A stretch of 16,537 bases of DNA, taken from positions 1,097,822 to 1,114,358 of the forward strand of contig JBJCIZ010000028.1 in NCBI GenBank assembly GCA_051294375.1, given 5' to 3'. The first letter of the stretch is position 1, and the number at the start of each line of letters is the position of its first letter. Source of the DNA: Paraspadella gotoi. Taxonomy: Eukaryota; Animalia; Chaetognatha. The notes below the pieces were generated by a model. The model was not told the DNA's origin, did no database searches, and saw nothing but the letters and a program-made list of their open reading frames with translations. Both the position numbers and the translations under genes were made by a program. Below are positions 9,751 to 16,537 of this stretch, one piece after another.

Positions 9751-10624
9751 ATTTCCCATTGCGTGACTTTTTTTGAAGACTCAGAAACTAGGGTTTCGAG
9801 AAACCGGTTAATTTTCCTGAGAAATTTCGCATTTAACGTTAATAACTAATATTTTATCTTAACGTGCCTAATAAATAAACCGTTAAAATCGCAGGTCTTA
9901 AAATATTTTTTAATTTAACTTGATTTGGTAGATGCAGGTCCGTGAAAAACAATTTAATTGGTTGTTTTTTGGTTTTTTTCAATGGAATTTTTATGACATT
10001 TTTTCGACAATGTTTTAGAGTCGACACCAATTTTAAGGCTTCATCAGCCAATGCTTGCAATATGATGCTAGCCAATGCTGATATGAAGACTCTATTGCTT
10101 CCTTAAGAGAGCTTATAGAAAATCCATAAAAATGTCCTAAAAACAATTCGTTTAAACTAAAAAAATAAATTGTTTCCTCTTTGAAACACAATGATAACGA
10201 AAATCTATACCAAAGTTATAATTAAAATTTCCGGAAAATGTTTCAGAAAAGTACTTTTTCCCACAAATTATATATAACTTAAAAATTTATGAATATATTA
10301 AATCCAAACTAAAGTATAATTCATATAATATTTTTATCTTTAACCCTAGCCTTCTCTTGATCTTTGTTTTATCTTTCTGATTTCTAGATAGTATTAGGTA
10401 CACAATTTTTAGTTATAGTTAAAATTGGAATTAAATTCGGTTATGAGCAAACACTTAGATTTAATGTTAGAATTCTACTATTGATAATTTTAGCTAATTA
10501 GATAATGGCATCGTGATTAATAATCTTTTACTTACAAAACGTTTTATTTATTCTTAATCCTCATTTAAGCATAATAAAATATAATAAAAATGAACAACAG
10601 CACATGAAAAAAACACAATGTAAT

Positions 10625-10724
10625 NNNNNNNNNNNNNNNNNNNNNNNNNNNNNNNNNNNNNNNNNNNNNNNNNNNNNNNNNNNNNNNNNNNNNNNNNNNN
10701 NNNNNNNNNNNNNNNNNNNNNNNN
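10625..10724. other. Assembly gap (100 N, true size unknown)
   Basis: Exactly 100 Ns separate AT-rich DNA from the GC-rich retroelement. Confidence 0.97.
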
Positions 10725-10725
10725 C

Positions 10726-13700
10726 ATGCTCTTGGGCGTCGGGAAACGCCTCGGCCGCCCGCCCGCAGTGAGCACGGTCGGCAACGGCACGCCTCTTCTC
10801 TCTGTTCACGACTACGACTCCGGACTCGAGTTTCTTGTGGATACAGGCGCGGAAGTGAGCCTTCTTCCGCCCTCACCTTACGACCGGCGTTGGAACGCCG
10901 AGTCGTCCCCACCCCTCAACGCCGCTGACGGACGGCGGATCCGTTCTTACGGCGCCCGAACTATGACTCTGAGGCTCACGTCCAAACGCCTCACCGGTCG
11001 CTTCGTCGTTGCGGACGTCGTCCGCCCGATTCTCGGAGCCGATTTTCTCCGCCAGCACGGATTATTGGTGGATCTCGGGAACAAGCGCCTCATCGACGCC
11101 GCTACCTTTGAATCCATCCGCGCGCAGATGTCGTCCAACGTTCCTACGCGGATCATCGCCAACGTCTCAAACGAGTTTGAGCAGCTCCTCCTCGATCGTC
11201 CGGCGTTGACCACGCCCACCTTCGACAGCACTACGCCAAAGCACGGCGTTTATCACCACATCGTCACTTCCGGTCCACCGGTCTTCGCACGCCCGCGCCG
11301 CCTTTCTCCCGAAAAGTTGGCTCAAGCGAAAAAGGAATTCGAGGCTATGGAGGCAGCGGGCATCGTGCGCCGCTCCAACAGCCCTTGGGCGTCGCCGCTC
11401 CACGTCGTCCCTAAGCCGGACGGCAGCGTGCGCCCCTGTGGCGACTTCCGTCNNNNNNNNNNCGCCTCAGACGATGATCGTTATCCAATTCCACGCCTAC
11501 AAGATTTCACGGCCAACCTTGCGGGNNNNNNNNNNTTCTCCAAAATCGATCTGGTGAAGGGCTACCACCAGATCCCGGTGGCACCGGAAGACATTAAAAA
11601 GACTGCCGTCGCGACACCTTTCGGGCTTTGGGAGTTTCCGCGCATGCCATTTGGACNNNNNNNNNNNNGACAGACGTTCCAACGCCTTATGGACTACGTC
11701 TGCCGCGGGTTTGATTTCGTCTTCGTCTACTTGGACGACATACTCGTCGCCAGCGCCAGTAAAGACGAACACCGGCGCCACCTCGCTCTACTCTTCGACC
11801 GCTTAGAGGAGCACGGCCTAGTTGTCAACAAGGCCAAATGCGTTTTCGGGGCAGCCTCCGTCGACTTCTTGGGTCATCGCGTCAGCGCTAATGGCATCAC
11901 GACGCTCCCGGACAAAGTCGACGCCATCCATCGCTTTCCACGCCCCACTGACGTTCCCGGTTTGTTGCGCTTTCTAGGTATGATTAACTTCTACCATCGT
12001 TTCATCCCTCACGCCGCGCACGTACTTGCGCCCCTCCACGACCTCGCCAAGCAGAAGAAGGGCATCCTTCAATGGTCGGACATAAATATCGCTGCCTTTG
12101 ACGCCGCCAAGGAAGCCCTTTCATCAGCGGCACTCCTTGCCCACCCCGTCGAGGGCGCAACGACGGCCCTCACCGTTGACGCCTCCAACGTGGCTGTTGG
12201 AGGAGTCCTGGAACAGAACATCGATGGCAACTGGCGTCCGCTCGCCTTTTTCAGCCGCAAGTTGACGCCATCGGAGGCGTCCCGTTCAGCGTATGACCGC
12301 GAACTACTCGGCGCCCATCTCGCGACTCGGCATTTTCGGCACTTCCTCTATGGGCGCCCCTTCACCCTTTTCACGGACCAGAACTCTCTCGTACCGTCCC
12401 TCTCCATGGTGAAGGACCCATGGAACGACCGCCAACGCCGACAACTCAGCGCCATTGCCGAGTTCACGACGGACATTCGGCACATCGAAGGCAAGAGGAA
12501 CGTCGTAGCTGATACTCTCTCGCGCATTGTTATCGCATCTGTCGCCTCCGGCGTTGACTTCTCTGCTCTTGNNNNNNNNNNNNNNNNNNATGAAGAGCTA
12601 CAACGTCTCCGTCGGAATCCGACAACCGGGCTGCGCCTGCAAGACGTCGCAATAGGTCCCGCTACTGTCTTGTGCGACGTTTCGACTGGGGTTGCGAGGC
12701 CGCTCGTTCCTTCATCCTGGCGGCGAAAGATGTTCGACACTGTTCATGGCTTATCACACCCCGGCATTAATGCTTCCAAACGCCTCGTCACACGTCGCTA
12801 CGTCTGGCCCTCTGTATGCAAAGATGTCGCCGCCTGGACCCGCGCTTGCACCGCTTGTCAGCGGGCTAAGATCGATCGGCATACCGCGGCGCCCCTGCAA
12901 ACCTTTACCTCGCCAGAGAAGCGTTTCCANNNNNNNNNNNNNNNNNTCGTAGGGCCGCTCCCGATGTCTCGGGGCCACGCCCATATCTTCACCATCGTCG
13001 ACCGCTTCACACGATGGCCGGAAGTCATCCCTGTTCCCGATACGTCGGCGATGACTCTTGCTCGCGCCCTCCTTTCATCTTGGATCAGCCGTTTCGGGGT
13101 CCCGGCACGGATGACTTCGGATCGCGGTGCCCAGTTCACCTCAGCTGTATGGTCGCAACTCGGCGAGCTGCTTGGGACCCAAATCATCCACACCACGGCC
13201 TTTCACCCGCAATCCAACGGGATCGTGGAACGCATCCACCGCGACCTTAAAACCGCCCTTCGCGCACGCCTTAAAGACAGCAACTGGATGGACCAGTTAC
13301 CGTGGGTCCTCTTGGGCCTCCGAACAACTCCGAAGGACGACCTCAACGCCTCCGTCGCAGAACTCGTTTATGGCGACACCCTCACTCTGCCGGGTGACTT
13401 CGTGGCGCCTCCCACTGGAGGCGCTGATACCGCACAATTCCTTCGCAATCNNNNNNNNNNCGTCGCCCTCCTCCGCCCTGTTCCCGGGACCCGCCACGGG
13501 GCACGTTCCTCCTACGTTCCGCCTCAACTGCAAAACTCCCGTTTCGTCTTTGTCCGCCATGACGCGCATCGCGGCCCACTGCAGCCACCGTATGATGGCC
13601 CATTCCGAGTTGTCCGCCCCGGCGACAAGACGTTCCGTATCGCCTTGGGCACCCGCGAGGACGACGTCTCCGTTGATCGATTGAAGCCCTGCGTAGTGGA

Positions 13701-13836
13701 CCCTTCCGTAGAAGTCCAGTTGGCGGCACCCGCGGCCAGAGGTCGCCCGCAGGCTCCGACAGCCCAAGCCCCCGCCAACCTTCCGCACTTTCATCCTCCG
13801 GCCTTCATTCAGCAAGATGACTTTTCACCTTTTTGA
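10726..13836 (+). CDS. pol: Pol polyprotein (aspartic protease, RT, RNase H, integrase); real entry point probably the frameshift at 10741 rather than this ATG
   Basis: LVDTGA (Asp at 10840), MPFG...QTFQR and YLDD (11728), DAS (12178), H-x3-H...CxxC (12745-12858), SDRG/GIVER integrase core, and PYDGPF (GPY/F) module. No stops in 1036 codons. Confidence 0.96.
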   Translation: MLLGVGKRLGRPPAVSTVGNGTPLLSVHDYDSGLEFLVDTGAEVSLLPPSPYDRRWNAESSPPLNAADGRRIRSYGARTMTLRLTSKRLTGRFVVADVVRPILGADFLRQHGLLVDLGNKRLIDAATFESIRAQMSSNVPTRIIANVSNEFEQLLLDRPALTTPTFDSTTPKHGVYHHIVTSGPPVFARPRRLSPEKLAQAKKEFEAMEAAGIVRRSNSPWASPLHVVPKPDGSVRPCGDFRXXXXASDDDRYPIPRLQDFTANLAXXXXFSKIDLVKGYHQIPVAPEDIKKTAVATPFGLWEFPRMPFGXXXXXQTFQRLMDYVCRGFDFVFVYLDDILVASASKDEHRRHLALLFDRLEEHGLVVNKAKCVFGAASVDFLGHRVSANGITTLPDKVDAIHRFPRPTDVPGLLRFLGMINFYHRFIPHAAHVLAPLHDLAKQKKGILQWSDINIAAFDAAKEALSSAALLAHPVEGATTALTVDASNVAVGGVLEQNIDGNWRPLAFFSRKLTPSEASRSAYDRELLGAHLATRHFRHFLYGRPFTLFTDQNSLVPSLSMVKDPWNDRQRRQLSAIAEFTTDIRHIEGKRNVVADTLSRIVIASVASGVDFSALXXXXXXXEELQRLRRNPTTGLRLQDVAIGPATVLCDVSTGVARPLVPSSWRRKMFDTVHGLSHPGINASKRLVTRRYVWPSVCKDVAAWTRACTACQRAKIDRHTAAPLQTFTSPEKRFXXXXXXXVGPLPMSRGHAHIFTIVDRFTRWPEVIPVPDTSAMTLARALLSSWISRFGVPARMTSDRGAQFTSAVWSQLGELLGTQIIHTTAFHPQSNGIVERIHRDLKTALRARLKDSNWMDQLPWVLLGLRTTPKDDLNASVAELVYGDTLTLPGDFVAPPTGGADTAQFLRNXXXXVALLRPVPGTRHGARSSYVPPQLQNSRFVFVRHDAHRGPLQPPYDGPFRVVRPGDKTFRIALGTREDDVSVDRLKPCVVDPSVEVQLAAPAARGRPQAPTAQAPANLPHFHPPAFIQQDDFSPF
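10727..10771 (+). CDS. gag: C-terminal end of gag ([14 protein letters not shown])
   Basis: This frame is +1 relative to pol, reads through tcG GGA AAC and stops at TGA 10769-10771. Confidence 0.65.
   Translation, partial: CSWASGNASAARPQ
10741..10782 (+). promoter_or_regulatory. Programmed -1 ribosomal frameshift signal (G GGA AAC plus stem-loop)
   Basis: X XXY YYZ heptamer at 10741-10747 in the gag frame, 6-nt spacer, then GCCGCCCG (10754-10761) pairing with CGGTCGGC (10775-10782) at 7/8 positions. Confidence 0.75.
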
Positions 13837-13877
13837 CTCTTACTGTGTTACGTGCCACGCCCTTCAGGCGCACCACT

Positions 13878-13886
13878 GGGGGGGGC
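13878..13886 (+). other. Polypurine tract (G8) priming plus-strand synthesis
   Basis: actGGGGGGGGc lies ~40 nt after the pol stop and immediately before TG at 13887. Confidence 0.75.
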
Positions 13887-14055
13887 TGCAGCGAGTCTTT
13901 TGTTCTCTCTCTCTTCTCCCTCTCTCATTCCTCTCCTCTCTCGGAATTCCGGGGAAGATCAGATTCGTTGATTTGCTTTTTGCTTCCGTGTCATTAATTT
14001 TCGTTCCGAAAATATATTCTTGTTTTTGACATTCGCTCGTATTCTCTCCGCTTCA
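13887..14055 (+). repeat. Probable 3' LTR (~169 bp)
   Basis: Starts TGCAGCG right after the PPT and ends CGCTTCA (6/7 inverted match, TG...CA termini). Contains an AATATA poly(A)-like signal. The partner LTR is not visible, so the end is inferred. Confidence 0.65.
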
Positions 14056-14251
14056 CTATAAATGGAAAAGTTTTCCCATGTACAGACTTACGACATTCTA
14101 GGTTTCCGGTACTGTAAGATATTTTTGAAACTATTCCCGCAATTATTTGTTTGCTCTGTTTTCTTTTAAAAAAAAAAGTTGGAAAAAGTTAAATAATATT
14201 GAAGAGACAGTAATTATTGTTATCTGTTAAAGATAGAACCGTTCAATATAA

Positions 14252-14710
14252 GCAGTCCCTGAGCTTCGGTTCAGGCTGTATCACCGTGTTACAGGCGGGT
14301 TTAGCGCCCCTGCTAGGCAAACACCGGGCAAGAACCCCGGACCTTTGGGTTGGGTGGCGAATGACTTGCCTCCGGCACCAATGGCCGCTGATGAACCGCT
14401 GGTAGTCCACCATAATATTAAAGAAAAATCGAAGTCGTATGGCAACAGCCGGGTTGACCGTGATGCCCATTGGGATGGGGCATCTCACTGCTGGCTTTGG
14501 GGGCTTCCGACCCTCAGTGACGCCTCCAGTCACTGGCGCGGTTACCCTAGGACGGTCTCGCTTTGCCAACGCAGAGGGAAGTCGTAAGGACTGTGAATGG
14601 AACACTACGCCTGGGATAGTGTGTTCTCTGACTGAACGATGGCGGACGTGAGGCGGTGTGAATTCTTTTGAGACTGTTCGCAACTCTTAACTCGGATGTT
14701 CGGCTTCAGC
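14252..14710 (+). mobile_element. GC-rich structured non-coding island, probably the 5' UTR of a non-LTR retrotransposon (RTE-like) or a non-autonomous derivative
   Basis: Sharp GC rise in AT-rich DNA, several hairpins including a C(UUCG)G loop, an HDV-like fold near the 5' end, and no recognisable protein. Confidence 0.5.
14285..14371 (+). ncRNA. Candidate HDV-like self-cleaving ribozyme (possibly degenerate)
   Basis: P1 GUGUU/AACAC, P2 AGGCGGGUU/GACUUGCCU, P3 GCC/GGC around CCUGCUA, GG-GCAA, P4 hairpin, J4/2 GGCGAAU, all in HDV order. Confidence 0.55.
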
Positions 14711-15663
14711 TAACCTATTTCCCTGAATATATTAATAATACTAAACGCTCTTAAACCTAACCCCCCCCCCAACCACGGTGGCGAAAGTAAAATTAACTTA
14801 GTTAAACCACCATGGCAATACACATAGTCCCGATAGGCGATACTGATGAATTTAAAAATTAACTGCTCACTCGATAGTAATGGTCACTAACTTAACTCAA
14901 TAATCATTCGATGGAGGGCGAAGTGCCTCATTGTAAAAATAAAACAAAAGGACACGCGATAACTTTTTTATTAAATGATCACACGACTGTTTTTTTTTCT
15001 TAACACATTAAATGAGAAAAACCGAAATATCACAAAAGCAGAAAAAGTTATCAATTACCTCATTGGGTGAGTAAGGTGTTAGAAAGGGACTAACGAATCA
15101 CGCTCAAGTAAATGAGCGAATGATACGAAAATTAAAGAGAAAAAAGACTGGGAACAAGACGGAGAAACAATTTCTCACAAAGTTCATAAAGAGAAAAAGA
15201 AAACAAAGTTGTTTTTTGTTTTTTTCTTTTCATTTAAGACAAAACTTCAACGTGAATAAATACTAAATGGTAAAATAAATCCTAGTAACAAAATCTCTGC
15301 AGTTTCTTAATGAAAAACGAAGTACACCAAACAGCGAAAAAAAATAATGCAAACTTTTATTTACTACTGGAACAAAAAAAAAACATTAGCGTGATTAAAA
15401 AAAAAAACAAGTGAAAACATAAGCATTAATATTTATGAAGACGGTACATTATATCGTAACATTTTATTGTAGCTTTTTATTTGTAAACATTCGTAAGACG
15501 GCGACGAGTTAAAAATTGCTTTATACTTTGGATAATAATTAATGATCGATAGCTACATCTAATTAAAAAAAACCCCAAAATCTCAATGAAGGACGCTGGA
15601 GAGTTTGCCGACCGCATTTTAGTATTATACTGTAAAATTGTATCGAAGTAGATTTAATTTGGA

Positions 15664-15840
15664 TCATACGAAAACACCTCTGCCCTTTCGCTCTTCCTCT
15701 TCCTCCTCCTCCCCCTTTTCGAAGGCGATCTCGGGCAAGAGGGCAACGCCCGCCACGGAGAAGATGGAGGCCGCGTCGGGCAAAAGGCCGAGACGAAGTC
15801 GATCGGGCAAATCAGAGAAATAGTCGTGGTGGAGGGCGTC
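15664..15840 (-). CDS. CDK14: Terminal coding exon of a PFTAIRE-type cyclin-dependent kinase (CDK14/Eip63E-like)
   Basis: Minus-strand acceptor ccttactccccacAG, then DALHHDYFSDLPDRLRLGLLPDAASIFSVAGVALLPEIAFEKGEEEEEEERKGRGVFV*, resembling the recalled CDK14 tail ALSHEYFSDLPPRLWELTDMSSIFTVPNVRLQPE. Confidence 0.85.
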   Translation of the reverse strand, partial: DALHHDYFSDLPDRLRLGLLPDAASIFSVAGVALLPEIAFEKGEEEEEEERKGRGVFV

Positions 15841-15984
15841 CTGTGGGGAGTAAGGCGGAACAAAGTAAAAACTAAGAGTTCTGTAATATAAATAACGTTA
15901 GAGCATCCCTTGGGATGAAATTAAATTTAGGACTTTATGTAGTTAATAACATAGAGGCATTTAAAATTTATCGTATTACTATAA

Positions 15985-16140
15985 ATCATGAATTTTTTTT
16001 TTCAAATTCAGAATTTTTAAAAACGGATTCGGGTAGAGCTTGAATAAATAAATTTAAAATATTATTATAAGATTTCAAAATTTTTATGTTTTATTGGTTG
16101 AAATTAGCAAAAACTATACAAATTATGGTACGATGATGAT
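15985..16140 (-). mobile_element. Inverted fragment of the family A end
   Basis: ggattcgggtagagcttgaa...aaaaactatacaaattatggtacgatgatgat resembles the reverse complement of 6810-6965. Confidence 0.6.
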
Positions 16141-16537
16141 TAGGGTGAAGTGAAAGTTTGAAATCAAAATTTAGCAGTTATATCTTAAAAACTATCATAT
16201 TAGTGAATATTAATCTGTAATTTTTTTTTTTACAAATATAGTAGTCCAGTCAGCTTATTTTGTATATAGTACTACCCTTATATAATGTTAAAATTTCAAA
16301 ATGTTTTTTTTTAATTCTGAGAACAGATTCAGATTTTTCGTTAAAAGTTGATAAAAGAAACTATAAATCTTTTTCAAAAATTATATCATTAAGTAGGTTA
16401 AAATTAAATTGCAATTTGAAATTTTAGCTTATTATATACTTATTATTATATATAAATATAGCTCACTGGTGCCCACTAATGTATAAAAATTTTTTAAAAA
16501 TTTACTAAAGTATTTTTATTAGTTTTTATTTTCATGT
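16139..16537 (-). mobile_element. Family B copy, inverted relative to 4212-4782 and lacking ~160 bp; lies in the kinase intron and runs off the window
   Basis: For example tttactaaagtatttttatt (16501) and gggtgaagtgaaagtttg (16143) are reverse complements of 4219-4238 and 4763-4780. The segment ~4350-4510 is absent. Confidence 0.85.

Larger units (their letters stand above)
10725..14055 (+). mobile_element. Ty3/gypsy LTR retrotransposon (CsRN1-like by architecture); 5' LTR and most of gag lost in the gap
   Basis: Domain order PR-RT-RH-IN, gag tail with slippery site, PPT, and a TG...CA-bounded short LTR. The clade is inferred from recalled motifs ([24 protein letters not shown]). Confidence 0.93.

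Noticed and set aside
2721-10075. Short 60-75 aa ORFs in AT-rich DNA (2721, 3417, 6032, 6480, 7923, 8522, 9854)
   Set aside because: They lie in introns, repeats or microsatellites and show no motifs or splice support.
10554-13815. Many short overlapping and antisense ORFs within or across pol and the N gap
   Set aside because: Expected by-products of GC-rich coding sequence and Ns; no recognisable domains.
14388-14430. CTGATGA as a hammerhead core
   Set aside because: No stem II followed by GAAA at a suitable distance.
14217-14683. ORFs of 62-146 aa in the GC-rich island
   Set aside because: No recognisable protein family; hairpin density favours an RNA-level explanation.
14574-14708. GAGGGAAGTC ... 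TTCGGCTT resembling RNase P/MRP P4 boxes
   Set aside because: Only ~120 nt apart, with no other conserved regions and a poor CR-V match.
14709-14770. CTAACCTA / CCTAACCC as telomerase RNA template or telomeric repeat
   Set aside because: Single short occurrences at the 3' edge of the island with no array or supporting template context.
15638-15863. ORF-track entries 15638-15823 (+) and 15654-15863 (-)
   Set aside because: Wrong frames over the CDK14-like exon.

Overview
AT-rich, intron-containing animal (probably invertebrate) genomic DNA. (1) Four 3' exons of a GT7-family beta-1,4-galactosyl/GalNAc-transferase on + (about 1154-5616), interrupted by three single-base frameshifts, so either a pseudogene or indel errors in the assembly. 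(2) Nested non-autonomous inverted-repeat (MITE/foldback-like) elements from 3.6 to 9.8 kb and 16.0 to 16.5 kb, with a minimal Penelope-type hammerhead ribozyme core (7083-7118, minus strand) in the middle of one large palindrome. (3) After a 100-N gap, a GC-rich Ty3/gypsy LTR retrotransposon showing the gag tail, a GGGAAAC -1 frameshift signal, an open pol, a PPT and a probable ~169-bp 3' LTR. (4) A GC-rich, hairpin-dense non-coding island (14252-14710) containing a candidate HDV-like ribozyme. (5) The last coding exon of a PFTAIRE/CDK14-like kinase on minus (15664-15840), which the ORF track misses. All alignments and folds were done by eye; no searches were run.
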